Source: a virus
Lineage: Duplodnaviria; Caudoviricetes
Virus record (IMG/VR): IMGVR_UViG_3300021376_000006
Reading direction: 5' to 3' (one strand)
Length of the DNA: 64,000 nucleotides
In this document: piece by piece, positions 18,836 through 29,558 of the stretch
Position numbering within the stretch: the stretch's first letter is position 1
How the letters are laid out: each line of letters opens with the position of its first letter
Position numbers and translations under genes: made by a program
The notes under the pieces: model-generated
Databases searched by the model: none
The model's input: only the letters and a program-made list of their open reading frames with translations
What the model was told of the DNA's origin: nothing

Positions 18836-19605
18836 GCTTGCTCAATCTCCGCTAAGGTGGGACTGTATACTCCGATGTGCTGAACAGTGACACTGGCTGC
18901 ACGAGCTGCAAATTTGATTGCCACGGCGATGTCATTTGATAAAACGTAGTTGTATGCGAGAGCAGACAAAAATGTATCGCCTGCCCCGCATACATCAAAC
19001 GCCTCTACTTGTGGAGTAGAAAACCGATGTTCTTTATACTTTACGCCATCTCTACCAAGGGTAACAATAAGATCGGCAGGATATGTTCGAGCCGCTTCAT
19101 ATTCCACTTGATTAATTTTAACGAAACAACCTTGGAAGCGGGCCAGGTCGCTTTTCTTCGTATCAACAAATATTGGACCCAAATAACGCCGGCGAAGCTC
19201 TTCGACGGTTTCATACTCTACTGATCCTTTGTTATAATCACTTACTATAATACAATTATACTGGTCTAAGTTGTTGTAGTCAATTTTTACGGCACGACTA
19301 GGTGAATCTTGATCTATTCTAACTAGATGTTGCTTGGTCCTTGAATCAATTACTCGAGTCTTTATACATGTTTTTATGCCGTGTACAAAAGTTACTTCGC
19401 ATCCTAGTCGTTGTAAATTCTCTTTTACATTAGCGGCCATGCCAGGTCTAATTTCTGTATGTGTGTAGTTGACTACCGGCACAGGAGCCTCAGGACTAAT
19501 TCTTGTAACTGTACCATATTGATATTGATCAATACCGTTGTCACCTACAAGTAATATTCGTACCTTAGAAGTATTGGCAGTTTGATCTTGGAAAATAACA
19601 CTCAT
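18832..19605 (-). CDS. PfkB kinase, heptose-7-phosphate kinase-like (RfaE domain I / HldA)
   Basis: RISPEAPVPV, GMAANV, SDYNKG, DVCGAGDTF. Confidence 0.88.
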   Translation of the reverse strand: MSVIFQDQTANTSKVRILLVGDNGIDQYQYGTVTRISPEAPVPVVNYTHTEIRPGMAANVKENLQRLGCEVTFVHGIKTCIKTRVIDSRTKQHLVRIDQDSPSRAVKIDYNNLDQYNCIIVSDYNKGSVEYETVEELRRRYLGPIFVDTKKSDLARFQGCFVKINQVEYEAARTYPADLIVTLGRDGVKYKEHRFSTPQVEAFDVCGAGDTFLSALAYNYVLSNDIAVAIKFAARAASVTVQHIGVYSPTLAEIEQA

Positions 19606-20314
19606 TGTTTGCTAGTGGTTTAATCTTAATTGTTTCTAATACCGAGCTTTTGCCTAGACCCATTGCTAAACTGTATGCAGCACTCTGGTTGCCCATGAAC
19701 AAATCTGCACCAGCGATCACATCCGCCAGCTCTTTGAAATCTTGAACACAGTAATATTGTACACGAAAGCCAGTGCTTTTTTCAAAATCTTCATGCTCGT
19801 CTTGAGTGCCAACAAACACACCTGTCTGAGATATGTTTGCTTGCTCTAGCAGGCCTTGCCAGGTACCTGTACCTTCAGGACATCTGTATCTAAATGTTCT
19901 GTTTATGACCACAGGTGCGACTTGCTTTGCATCAGCCTCTAGCCATGTTTCATTATACACTTCTGGTTCAAATGGTAGGTTAAATGTACGATGATACGCT
20001 TCAACATAGTTACCTTCAAAACCTCTAAATAATACGCCACGAAATCGATCTAGATCAACATCGTGGTCGCCTAACCAAACTGTCACTTGGTCAATATAGC
20101 TCTGCCTGGACAGCAAAGGTCGTAACAAATCAAAATCAGCAATCTTGAATCTGCCCTGATGTGCGGAATCTACTTCGTTGGGTTTATATCCGTATCGTGC
20201 TACACACTTTTCAATGTTTTCAAGATGAATAGCAAATGTGCCACCACCCATTTTTTTAACTACAGATAGACTGTAAATTAAATCGCCAAATGTTCCTGAG
20301 TGTCTATATATCAT
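19565..20314 (-). CDS. GT9-like glycosyltransferase
   Basis: HSGTFGDLIYSL; ADLFMGNQS. Confidence 0.6.
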   Translation of the reverse strand: MIYRHSGTFGDLIYSLSVVKKMGGGTFAIHLENIEKCVARYGYKPNEVDSAHQGRFKIADFDLLRPLLSRQSYIDQVTVWLGDHDVDLDRFRGVLFRGFEGNYVEAYHRTFNLPFEPEVYNETWLEADAKQVAPVVINRTFRYRCPEGTGTWQGLLEQANISQTGVFVGTQDEHEDFEKSTGFRVQYYCVQDFKELADVIAGADLFMGNQSAAYSLAMGLGKSSVLETIKIKPLANNECYFPRSNCQYF

Positions 20315-21198
20315 AGTATTTCTGAAATATTGTTTGCGATACGTTCGGCATCAAAACTGTCTTTGCAACGATAATCACCGTGTTTGCAAATTACTTGCCT
20401 TACTGGTCGAGCCTGATGGTCATTACATCCCACACAATCAACTGCACTCATAATTGCGGTTGTGTTATGTCCAAACATTTCTCTTCTATACGGCAGTATT
20501 CTTTCTGGCAGCAGGTGTGTCTGTAGTGCAATTATATGCGTCTTGCTGGCACCTGCTACATGAAATGGCCCGCTGTCTATGCCAACAAAACATCTAGCTC
20601 GATCCATCACGAGTTTTTGTTGTTGTATGTTCAATTGTTCTCTTGCATCCACAAACAATGGATGATCAACATACCCATCACTTGCGCTGCCAACACAAAC
20701 TATTTTGAAATCCGTACGTTCAGTAAACAGGTGTTCAAAAACAGCAAACCAAGTTTCCCAAGCCATGTTTTTTAATGGCCAATGCCATTGTCGAATATGC
20801 ACCACAATGAAACTGTCAAGCTCATTGTCCTGGCAAAATAAGCTTACCGCATCTTTATCAAACTCATTAGCAAACAGTTCTACCGATTTGTTATCCACAT
20901 CTGATGTGCCAAAAGCGCGATAGAAATAACTGTCCACATAATGATTAAGAGGACTATGTTCGTAGGCATCATCCAGGTTAATATATAAATCATAATTTTT
21001 AGCCTCGGGCATAGCGTCAGTATGATATATCGCCCTGACGTGTGGATTGTTGGCATAAACATTGGGAAATTCTGTCGCTACATCAATGTAGCAGTTGTAC
21101 TTGTTTTTTAATTCTCTCACAACACCGGTGCTCATAATCACATCACCGAGTGCTGCTCTGCGTCTAACTAATATTTGTACAGGTCGTTCTATTTTCAT
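20311..21198 (-). CDS. GT9 heptosyltransferase-like
   Basis: ILVRRRAALGDVIMST; FVGIDSGPFHVAGA. Confidence 0.8.
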   Translation of the reverse strand: MKIERPVQILVRRRAALGDVIMSTGVVRELKNKYNCYIDVATEFPNVYANNPHVRAIYHTDAMPEAKNYDLYINLDDAYEHSPLNHYVDSYFYRAFGTSDVDNKSVELFANEFDKDAVSLFCQDNELDSFIVVHIRQWHWPLKNMAWETWFAVFEHLFTERTDFKIVCVGSASDGYVDHPLFVDAREQLNIQQQKLVMDRARCFVGIDSGPFHVAGASKTHIIALQTHLLPERILPYRREMFGHNTTAIMSAVDCVGCNDHQARPVRQVICKHGDYRCKDSFDAERIANNISEIL

Positions 21199-22234
21199 TT
21201 AAAAAGTCTCGAATGTATTCAGTAAATTGCAAATCTGGTCTTTGTTGTTGTAATAACTGTTTATTGTGTTTTATAGACGGAACACTTTTTTCGTATGCTA
21301 GTTTAATTGTTTTTGCGGACTGCGTCAAGAATTCAAGCAAACTACGTCTAGCACACACAAGTCTTGACCCTGGTTCTTCAATCTTGTCATAGCTGGTGTC
21401 AATAATGTCGTCAAAGGTGCTGTACCCTTGCGATCTTAAATATGCCAAACTGTTATGATATCCAATGTAAAAAAACAGTTGTTGATAATTGATGGCATTA
21501 AAAATTTTTTCACTGAAGAATATTCCATTATCAAAAAAAGTATCTGTAACAATTCCCAAACAACTATCAAGATAAAAATTTACGTTGGTCTGTGTAAACT
21601 CCACTGTGTTGTCTATAGCTGGTAGAGGAATTTGATTGGCAACGGAATGACATTCTTGATCTATATGAGCTGCCCAAATTGATTCAATGCGATGTTGAAT
21701 CCAGAGTCCAGGTATGTCCGAGTGTACACATTTGTAATTTACTAAATTATTTGATAGTAAATTATTGTGTATTAACCCAGCAAGAACGTATCTTCGAGTG
21801 TACCAATCTTTGCTGCTAGCCCAATAAAATTTGTACGGTCTTGCTCGATAGCAATCGTTGTCCCATACCCTTTGTTGATTTTCTTTTCGTTGATACCAAT
21901 GCTGATTGCTTACTAAGTCAAATAACCCAATTGATTTATAACCAAATTTTGTGTTGGGTTTTTGATAGTCTGCATCTTGTGTAAGTTTCCCTGTAAAAAC
22001 AATTACTGGATTATCAATCGATCGACAATATTCATCTAGCGGCAGTATCCAAAAATCTCTTTCCTGTATGCATTGAAATGCTCCCAACAGTATTATTAAC
22101 GTATTTTTGTCTTTGACTGCAATTTGTTTAACACAATCAACTATTGTTTCTAAATGTGAAGGAAACAAATTACAAACTACGTAATTGTCTAAGGGTATGT
22201 CTAGATGGATATCGTATTCGCCAGTATCATACAT
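21164..22234 (-). CDS. Putative glycosyltransferase ('(S/T)EK' family), paralog 1
   Basis: IVTDT..FFSEKIFNAI..LFFYIG..LRSQGYSTFDDIIDTSYD, shared with two ORFs at 46-48 kb. Confidence 0.45.
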   Translation of the reverse strand: MYDTGEYDIHLDIPLDNYVVCNLFPSHLETIVDCVKQIAVKDKNTLIILLGAFQCIQERDFWILPLDEYCRSIDNPVIVFTGKLTQDADYQKPNTKFGYKSIGLFDLVSNQHWYQRKENQQRVWDNDCYRARPYKFYWASSKDWYTRRYVLAGLIHNNLLSNNLVNYKCVHSDIPGLWIQHRIESIWAAHIDQECHSVANQIPLPAIDNTVEFTQTNVNFYLDSCLGIVTDTFFDNGIFFSEKIFNAINYQQLFFYIGYHNSLAYLRSQGYSTFDDIIDTSYDKIEEPGSRLVCARRSLLEFLTQSAKTIKLAYEKSVPSIKHNKQLLQQQRPDLQFTEYIRDFLNENRTTCTNIS

Positions 22235-22586
22235 TTGTTTTTACTTCTCTTACTGGGTCATTTAATTTTTCTGCCACTGTATTTTTTAATTGTACTCGAA
22301 AGTTATTGTAATCTCTAATTTCCAAAGCACGACGTCCAACTTCGGTTAAATCTGTACCATCAATTCGACATTTTTTGAAATCATCTTCTAGGCTCCAAAT
22401 TTTATCATGTAAAATTTTAAATGCCTGTAGTTCATGCCAAATCAAGGATTTATCTATTCCCAACATTTGTTGTTCATAAAAGTCCAATTCAGCCTGATTG
22501 GCTCCACCAGTGCGACTGTGTTTGACTTGTGCAATAGTGTATCTATCAACCAATTCCATTACAGGAAACTTAAACTCCAACTTCAA
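22227..22586 (-). CDS. Hypothetical protein (DUF6165-like)
   Basis: ELVDRYTIAQVK...N..RVQLKN pattern. Confidence 0.5.
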   Translation of the reverse strand: MKLEFKFPVMELVDRYTIAQVKHSRTGGANQAELDFYEQQMLGIDKSLIWHELQAFKILHDKIWSLEDDFKKCRIDGTDLTEVGRRALEIRDYNNFRVQLKNTVAEKLNDPVREVKTNV

Positions 22587-23781
22587 CCTCCGGAAAATAT
22601 CGCATGAAACGATCGTTGCTGTTAGTCCTGTGTTTTAATATTCGACCTTTGATTTCTTTAAAAAAGTTCCAGGCCAACGGAACAAATAAAATTTTATCAT
22701 CGTCTTTGTAGAGAGACAAATGACCAATAGACACCACAGGAATATCTTGCCCTGGACTGTATGTGTCTTGCTTGGTTGGATTGTCATCGATGATGTAATC
22801 TAGACGTACATCAGCAAAATTAAGCAAGGTCATTCCTTTGGCTGCGGCGCCATATCCCACAATGTGATATCCTTGTTCTCTAAACAAATTGATTCTTGAA
22901 CTAAATTCACTAGAAATTTTTCTCGCTCGAGCAGCCCATGCACGATATGTGTCATTGTTTAACAAGTCTGCTTCCATGTTAATTAAATTAGCTACATGTT
23001 CTCTGCGAACACGGTTAGGTGTAAGTACAAACACATAACTGGTTCCATGAATAGGCGTTTTAACCACATCTATCAATTCCCAACCAGCTCGTCGACACAA
23101 TTGATTCATTGAATTAATGTTGTAAAAATTCACATGTTCGTGATAGATAGTGTCAAATTCACCGTTTCTCACCATGTTGGCCTGACTAGTTTGAACAAAA
23201 AACATCCCATTGGGTTTCATTAACGGTTGCAATAATTTAAGATAGGCAAGTGGATCTGGGTTGTGTGCAAAACTATTTTGCGCCACTACTATATCAAATT
23301 GCCTGTCATCCAGATTCCTTATAGATTGTTCATCCCAAAATCCACATACTACCCGATGACCTTTTGCTGTGCTGGTTGCGTGAATATTTTTTGCTGGGTC
23401 TACTCCATAAGTGCGAAATCCCAACTTTTCAAAATAATCTAACTGACTGCCATCATTGCAGCCAATATCCAACACACTACCAAATTGTATATCACTGTAT
23501 TCTCTTACCCATTTGGCGAACCACCACATGTAATCTAAATAAGTCTGACTGGTTCCACTTACATATGCATAGTCTTGATAGATTACTGCTGGATCAACCA
23601 CATGAGTTAATTGCAAATGAAAACAGTCAACACATTGATTTACTGCCAATGGATACCGTTGATTTTTACCAGGTTCATGTAAAAAATTGTTTGCTAGAGG
23701 TTGATGGCCTAAATTAATAGCAGGTAATAAGTTGTTTCCACCGCAGGCCAAACATGCTTTTAATTCTGTACAATTTTCCAT
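22570..23781 (-). CDS. SAM-dependent NDP-sugar C-methyltransferase-like
   Basis: Zn site CLACG...CVDC, DIGCNDG, YHEH, GYGAAAKG, LAWNF. Confidence 0.85.
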   Translation of the reverse strand: MENCTELKACLACGGNNLLPAINLGHQPLANNFLHEPGKNQRYPLAVNQCVDCFHLQLTHVVDPAVIYQDYAYVSGTSQTYLDYMWWFAKWVREYSDIQFGSVLDIGCNDGSQLDYFEKLGFRTYGVDPAKNIHATSTAKGHRVVCGFWDEQSIRNLDDRQFDIVVAQNSFAHNPDPLAYLKLLQPLMKPNGMFFVQTSQANMVRNGEFDTIYHEHVNFYNINSMNQLCRRAGWELIDVVKTPIHGTSYVFVLTPNRVRREHVANLINMEADLLNNDTYRAWAARARKISSEFSSRINLFREQGYHIVGYGAAAKGMTLLNFADVRLDYIIDDNPTKQDTYSPGQDIPVVSIGHLSLYKDDDKILFVPLAWNFFKEIKGRILKHRTNSNDRFMRYFPEVEVGV

Positions 23782-23782
23782 G

Positions 23783-24493
23783 TTAATTTTTAATAGGTAC
23801 TCCGTTTGGTGCAATAAATCCTTCGACTCCTAGCACTGGTAATTCTTGTACAAGTTCTTGTGGAAGAAATTTATACAGCACATGCTCAATATCTGCGTAA
23901 CCACCTTGACTGACTCGCTGACCTATATAAGCCAAACTGTCATTGTACACTTGAATCACTCGTTCAGTTTGTTCAACTGGCCACGACCAAAGTCTGGCCA
24001 TGTATTGTAATTCAATGCCGGTTACATCAAACGGGAATTGACTTCGATGTTTGGACCCAATAACAATTTTATCGGCGAATTGTTCATAAACATCTAAATT
24101 AAATTCGTCATTCAAGATGTAACGGCCTGACATTTTGTGGATTCGATCGTAACCTACGAAATCACCGTCTTTGCTACACATAGCAAGTGTACGGCCAAAG
24201 CACATGATTTCTGTAGAATTCTTAACCACATCCCAATTGTCGCTTTGGTAAATTGCTTGTACGTCTGCGTCTTGACTGAAATCCAACAAAAGATCTGAAT
24301 TGACTTCTAAAGTTTCGCTTTGTCCCGGCGTAAGTGCTGTACCGGCACACTCCATGACTACTATTTTGGCACCAGGAACACGCATGCGAATACTTTGTAA
24401 AGTGATTACAGTTTGAGTCAGTCGCTCTACAGCATTATAAATGCCAAACTTGCTATTAATGGCCGATGTTACTACAAATAAATGTCTAATCAT
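23783..24493 (-). CDS. Hypothetical protein in glycan cluster
   Basis: Intact, tightly packed ORF; K.SGRY motif. Confidence 0.6.
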   Translation of the reverse strand: MIRHLFVVTSAINSKFGIYNAVERLTQTVITLQSIRMRVPGAKIVVMECAGTALTPGQSETLEVNSDLLLDFSQDADVQAIYQSDNWDVVKNSTEIMCFGRTLAMCSKDGDFVGYDRIHKMSGRYILNDEFNLDVYEQFADKIVIGSKHRSQFPFDVTGIELQYMARLWSWPVEQTERVIQVYNDSLAYIGQRVSQGGYADIEHVLYKFLPQELVQELPVLGVEGFIAPNGVPIKN

Positions 24494-25524
24494 TTACGTA
24501 ACCATCTTTCATTGGCCAATGTCCAATCTACAACTTTTTTAATACGTTCGCTTAATTTGATTTTTGGTTCCCAACCTAGTGACTTTAGTAAGCCGCCATC
24601 TAATGCATAACGCATGTCATGTCCAGGTCGACTGGTATGGAAGTCGGTCATTTCGTATTTCAGTTCTTTACCTACTGCAACAGCGATCATTTGTGCTAGG
24701 GTAAGGTTATCAATTTCTTCAGTACCAACGAGATTAAACTTGGGGCAGTGTGCATGGCCGTAGTCCCCTGTATGAACATAATCCTTGAGTGAGAGTATGA
24801 ACATAAGACCCTCAGCAACATCTTGGGCATGTATGTACATTCGACTACCTGCTGTTGTTCTTGTTGGATCAGCATGAATGATGACTGTCTCCCCATCTCT
24901 CACCTTTTGAATAGTTGCTGGAATAAATTTTTCTGGATGCTGTCGTTCGCCAAACACATTCATGGTGTGTGTAACAACGATAGGCAACTTGTAGGTGTTT
25001 TCGTAGGCAACACAAAACTCCTCCGCAGCCGCCTTACTCGCGGAGTAGGGATTTGTGCTGTTGTAACGATCATATTCCTTATAGGCGACACCAGGTGGCG
25101 CAATCCCAAATATCTCGTCGGTGGAAAAATAAACAAATCGTTCCAGATTTGGTAAGTTCTTCCTTGCATAATCTAACATGTTAACTGTGCCGACTACATT
25201 GTCTTGCACAAACTCCATTGGATAGGCAATACTACGATCCACATGACTGCCTGCTGCAAGATGTAAAACAATATCAATTGGTCCAATATCCTGAACTATT
25301 TGACTATTGATTTCGGCTTTAAGATCATGGAATACGATACGCAGTCTCTGACTTACTTTTTTTGGGTCATGATTCTGTAGCACATCATGAAGTCTATTTA
25401 GATTACCAGAAATATCTAATCTGTCTAGACAAACAACTTTCCAATTTGTGATTTGTAAAATTAAATCAATTACATGGTGTGCAATGAATCCAGCACCGCC
25501 GGTGATCAATACTGTTTTTGACAT
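24490..25524 (-). CDS. rfbB: dTDP-glucose 4,6-dehydratase-like
   Basis: GGAGFIA, HLAAGSHVDRSI, STDE, YSASK, RPGHDMRY. Confidence 0.88.
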   Translation of the reverse strand: MSKTVLITGGAGFIAHHVIDLILQITNWKVVCLDRLDISGNLNRLHDVLQNHDPKKVSQRLRIVFHDLKAEINSQIVQDIGPIDIVLHLAAGSHVDRSIAYPMEFVQDNVVGTVNMLDYARKNLPNLERFVYFSTDEIFGIAPPGVAYKEYDRYNSTNPYSASKAAAEEFCVAYENTYKLPIVVTHTMNVFGERQHPEKFIPATIQKVRDGETVIIHADPTRTTAGSRMYIHAQDVAEGLMFILSLKDYVHTGDYGHAHCPKFNLVGTEEIDNLTLAQMIAVAVGKELKYEMTDFHTSRPGHDMRYALDGGLLKSLGWEPKIKLSERIKKVVDWTLANERWLRK

Positions 25525-25555
25525 GAATCCTCATTTTTTATTGAATATAAACTAT

Positions 25556-25705
25556 TTATTCGCCTGATTTTGGGGCGATAAATTGCTTGATATGACTCAT
25601 TGCTTTACGAGCAGTATCAAAAACATATTCTCTAGTTTCATCTTCAAGATTAACAGTTACAATAAAACCATTTGCTACTTTACGAATTTCAATTGATTCA
25701 AACAT
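25556..25705 (-). CDS. 49-aa protein (MFESIEIRKVANGF...), not in the supplied track
   Basis: GGAG RBS and its own sigma70 promoter. Confidence 0.65.
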   Translation of the reverse strand: MFESIEIRKVANGFIVTVNLEDETREYVFDTARKAMSHIKQFIAPKSGE

Positions 25706-25731
25706 AAACACTCCAGAGTGGTTGAAATATT

Positions 25732-25760
25732 ATTATATCACAGTTTTTTTGTAAAGTCAA
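25732..25760 (-). promoter_or_regulatory. Sigma70 promoter
   Basis: TTGACT-17-TATAAT. Confidence 0.8.
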
Positions 25761-25762
25761 AC

Positions 25763-26644
25763 TTATGCAGCTTCTAAAATATATCTTTTGTCTGGGATGG
25801 CATCAACACAACTTTTGCATAAAGTTTCATTGGTGTAGTAATGAAGTTTGTTTAACTCTAAAAGTTTTTGCATTGCTGTACCGTTTAATATTTCATCATA
25901 GGATTCTGTTAGTAAATTGCCCATAACATGTTTTTTATCATAATCCATACAACATAATAAAACTTCACCGTTTGGTAATAATACACCTTGATTATACAAA
26001 GTGGTTTTACTACAAACTACCGGTCCGGCATGATGTGGAGTTATTTTAATGACTTGTCCTTTGATTTGTTCTTTATTTAATAAACCAGCACGATCATGTG
26101 CGGCGATATCCCATCTATGACTAGGTACGGCGCCTGGTAAGTGTCTAATAGTAGGGTGTATACCATCGTCACTCATTGTCATTGCTTCGTAGTGAACACC
26201 AGCTGCTTGAAGAATTGTACGCATACCTATGTAAGCGTATTCCCATTCCTCACTGTGTTTCCATCCTTTCATATTTCCTGCCGCGTCAGGAAAGTGTATT
26301 TTAAAAATATCAAACTTATCTGCATATTTTAAAATTATTTCACCTACCCTATGAACTGTGTCATTGTCCCAATTATACAACGTACTAAAAACTGCTACTC
26401 TATGTCCTTTATCTAATACATATTCTAACATATCTGTACAACTTGGATTAATCCAAGGTTCAGCTTGCCCACTAAAATCTATTCTTACATAGTCAGGAAC
26501 TTTGTCTATCATGATTTTAAAATCATTAAGACTCATGTATTTTACATCATCGCCATAGGCATCACGCAAATTATCTTGCGGGCAATATGTACACATTAAA
26601 GGGCAACCTATCATGGTTGTAATTTCAAGTTGATAAAAATTCAT
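25763..26644 (-). CDS. Radical SAM protein with SPASM/twitch tail
   Basis: CPLMCTYC; C-terminal C...LLCCMD...CKSC. Confidence 0.85.
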   Translation of the reverse strand: MNFYQLEITTMIGCPLMCTYCPQDNLRDAYGDDVKYMSLNDFKIMIDKVPDYVRIDFSGQAEPWINPSCTDMLEYVLDKGHRVAVFSTLYNWDNDTVHRVGEIILKYADKFDIFKIHFPDAAGNMKGWKHSEEWEYAYIGMRTILQAAGVHYEAMTMSDDGIHPTIRHLPGAVPSHRWDIAAHDRAGLLNKEQIKGQVIKITPHHAGPVVCSKTTLYNQGVLLPNGEVLLCCMDYDKKHVMGNLLTESYDEILNGTAMQKLLELNKLHYYTNETLCKSCVDAIPDKRYILEAA

Positions 26645-26645
26645 A

Positions 26646-27500
26646 TCAGTTAAATGGTAAAAAATCTCTTACAGTATGTGTTTGGTTAGTTGCTATGTAT
26701 TTGCTATATTTATTAACATCATTTACAACAGTTTTTGGCATGTACTCATCTAATTTTATATTAACAAAAACTTCGGTATTATTAGGTCCTAGTCCATATC
26801 CTTTTTCAACGCTAGTCTCTACATCAATTTGATCTAAGACATCAGGGCGATTAGTCTCTTGATGAGCAAAACTGCGAATCTTAGTTTTAGCAAATTCAGT
26901 ATCGCCAAGATAACTAAATTGCCAGCCTGCATGTTCCATTACTCTTACACCATTATTGGAATATCCATAAGGTAAATTAGCTAATTGAAACCGTTGAAAT
27001 CTAAATTCATCTGCCGGAACCATAAGTTTTTTCCTAGTTGCCATACCCCAAACCATATACTGACTAAGAGTTGTTGTTAACATATGATTAAACTTGAAAT
27101 AAAACAGCGGCATTCTCAAACCCCAAACTTGAGTTTCGTCGTCTAAACGCATAATATCTACAGTTTCTGGTCTAGGAATTTCATCTAAATCCGATATAAT
27201 TATTATATCATCGTCGTCAGCATCTACAATACCACGATTGATACTATTTCTTTGCCATATATCATTATCCCATGCTTCTGTACTATGAGGCATATCATCT
27301 ACTTTTACATGTATAATTTTATCTACCCATTTAGAGTATCTTGTTTTATTTTCTTCAAAATAATAAGGTTTTGGAATATCTGTAAATGTTGTCGATGCTT
27401 CTACTAAAACAAAATGATCCACATAATCATAAAGTTCTTGAAATCTTACCTCTAGTAAATCTAGTTCATTGAAAAATGGAAAGCAATCGTATATTTTCAT
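26646..27500 (-). CDS. GT17 (beta-1,4-GlcNAc transferase-like)
   Basis: YDCFPFFNELDLLEVR, FVLVEA, QRN, SDLDEIP, GWQFSY. Confidence 0.85.
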   Translation of the reverse strand: MKIYDCFPFFNELDLLEVRFQELYDYVDHFVLVEASTTFTDIPKPYYFEENKTRYSKWVDKIIHVKVDDMPHSTEAWDNDIWQRNSINRGIVDADDDDIIIISDLDEIPRPETVDIMRLDDETQVWGLRMPLFYFKFNHMLTTTLSQYMVWGMATRKKLMVPADEFRFQRFQLANLPYGYSNNGVRVMEHAGWQFSYLGDTEFAKTKIRSFAHQETNRPDVLDQIDVETSVEKGYGLGPNNTEVFVNIKLDEYMPKTVVNDVNKYSKYIATNQTHTVRDFLPFN

Positions 27501-27523
27501 AATGATACTTATTTTAAAAATTG

Positions 27524-27553
27524 TTGACTTAGAGATTTCTTAAATAGTATAAT
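27524..27553 (+). promoter_or_regulatory. Sigma70 promoter with embedded TAAATA, driving the plus-strand sugar operon
   Basis: TTGACT-18-TATAAT; TAAATA at 27541-27546. Confidence 0.7.
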
Positions 27554-27577
27554 AACATTCAACGATAAGGTATTCAA

Positions 27578-28234
27578 TTGAAATTTGCACTAGTCACTGC
27601 TTTTGATGAAAATTACCAACCGCTAGCAGATCTTACCTGGGATAAAAATAAAAAGTTGTACGCCAAACGATGGGGATACGATACCTATGAAGTCACTGAC
27701 GGATTTGCCAATCTTGGAGACATTGCCTGGGCTAGAACCAGAAAGGTAGTAGAACTATTAGAATCTGGCTACGATTGGGTACATGCAGTTGGTTGCGATA
27801 CCATGATTACCAATTTTAATATCAGGTTAGAAGATATTGTAGACAACACAGCAGATTTTATCATTGCCACAGACTGCTTTAATATCAACAATGACAGCTA
27901 TCTAGCGCACAATACTGAGAACTGTATTGCATGGTTAAAGTATTTGGACACACAACAGGATCAATACTGCATGAAGCATCCATGGAATGATCAGCAATGC
28001 ATGATCGACAACATTGAACGTCTGGGTGATGGATTACGAATTGTTCCACAACGCATGATCAATTCATACGATTACGATCAGTATCCAGGATCTGTTCCGC
28101 ATGTGTATAAACGAGATATTTTTGGCAATGACGGGCAATGGCAACCAGGAGATTTCCTGATTCAGTGGCCTGGTATTCCCAACGATCGCAGAATTCCACT
28201 AGCTCAACAAATGTTAACTCAAATAATACAATGA
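27578..28234 (+). CDS. GT34-like glycosyltransferase
   Basis: YAKRWGYD, D.MITN, DQQCM, DFLIQWPG; TTG start. Confidence 0.65.
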   Translation: MKFALVTAFDENYQPLADLTWDKNKKLYAKRWGYDTYEVTDGFANLGDIAWARTRKVVELLESGYDWVHAVGCDTMITNFNIRLEDIVDNTADFIIATDCFNINNDSYLAHNTENCIAWLKYLDTQQDQYCMKHPWNDQQCMIDNIERLGDGLRIVPQRMINSYDYDQYPGSVPHVYKRDIFGNDGQWQPGDFLIQWPGIPNDRRIPLAQQMLTQIIQ

Positions 28235-29550
28235 AAGAAATCTTAGATTTAGTCAAGAAACACATAGAAGAAAAGCAGTCTGCAAAAACATGGACTGCTG
28301 GCCGAGACTTTGTCAACTATGCAGGTGCCTACTATGATTCAGACGAGTATGTGGCCGGTGTTGAAAGCCTACTCAAAGGTTGGCTTGCCATGGGCAACGA
28401 AAGTCTACGCTTTGAACGTGAGTTCCCAAAACAATTTGGAAAAACCCGTGGCATTGTAACTAATTCAGGAAGCTCTAGTAACCTGCTGATGATGTCGGCT
28501 CTTACCAGTAAACGTGGTTATAACTTGCCTAAAAGCACCAAGGTACTGATGCCTATTGCAGGATTTCCAACAACGCTTAATCCAACACTGCAAGTTGGCT
28601 TTACTCCTGTGTTTGTAGATATCGAACTTAACACACTCAACTTGGATGTAAGGCAATGTGAACGTGTTTTGGAAGCCGACCCAGATATTCGTGTTATTAC
28701 TTTTGCACATGTACTAGGCAATCCTCCCAACATGGATCAGGTAATGGCCCTAGTCGACAGGTATAAACTTATTCTGCTTGAAGATTGCTGTGATGCATTG
28801 GGTAGCACATACAACGGCCGACCATTGGGTAGTTTTGGATTAATGGCCAGTTGCTCGTTCTATCCAGCACACCATATGACCATGGGTGAAGGTGGGTATG
28901 TTGCAACCAACGATGCCAATCATGATGTCATACTACGCAGCTTCCGTGAATGGGGTCGAGGTTGTTACTGTGTAGGACCAGATGCCAACAAACTCAAATG
29001 CGGTACATGCGGTAAACGTTTTAATAACTGGATTCCTGAATTACCAGATGAAATCTTTGATCACAAATACGTTTATGATGAAATTGGGTATAATTTAAAA
29101 CCAATTGAACTACAGTGTGCCATGGGCATGCAGCAGTTAAAAAAGCTTCCTGAAATTCATGCCCTGCGTAGACGAAACTATCAATTGTTATTTGCCATAT
29201 ACGAACGGTACGAAGAATTTTTCCACTTGCCTAGAGCACAAGAAAACAGTGATCCATCGTGGTTTGCTTTTCCTCTCACTGTGCGTCAAGGTGCACCATT
29301 CACAAGAGCAGACATTGTGGACTACTTGGAAGAAAATTTAATTCAAACTCGTCCTTACTTTGCTGGTAATATCATGCTGCAACCAGCATACAGCCATTTA
29401 ATGGATCCACGGAATGCAAGAGACAATTATCCAAATGCAACACACGCCATGACGCATACTTATTTCCATGGCACCAGTCCGGTTATTACGCCAGAACAAA
29501 TTGCCTACATTGGCGAAAAGGTTGATGGCTTTATGAGTTTATTCATTTAA
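28231..29550 (+). CDS. rfbH: NDP-4-keto-6-deoxyglucose 3-dehydrase (RfbH/DdhC, E1-type)
   Basis: SFYPAHHMTMGEGG (His in place of PLP Lys), GRGCYC...CGKRF Fe-S motif, DHKYVY; start refined to MKEIL. Confidence 0.88.
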   Translation: MKEILDLVKKHIEEKQSAKTWTAGRDFVNYAGAYYDSDEYVAGVESLLKGWLAMGNESLRFEREFPKQFGKTRGIVTNSGSSSNLLMMSALTSKRGYNLPKSTKVLMPIAGFPTTLNPTLQVGFTPVFVDIELNTLNLDVRQCERVLEADPDIRVITFAHVLGNPPNMDQVMALVDRYKLILLEDCCDALGSTYNGRPLGSFGLMASCSFYPAHHMTMGEGGYVATNDANHDVILRSFREWGRGCYCVGPDANKLKCGTCGKRFNNWIPELPDEIFDHKYVYDEIGYNLKPIELQCAMGMQQLKKLPEIHALRRRNYQLLFAIYERYEEFFHLPRAQENSDPSWFAFPLTVRQGAPFTRADIVDYLEENLIQTRPYFAGNIMLQPAYSHLMDPRNARDNYPNATHAMTHTYFHGTSPVITPEQIAYIGEKVDGFMSLFI

Positions 29551-29558
29551 GGAAAAAT

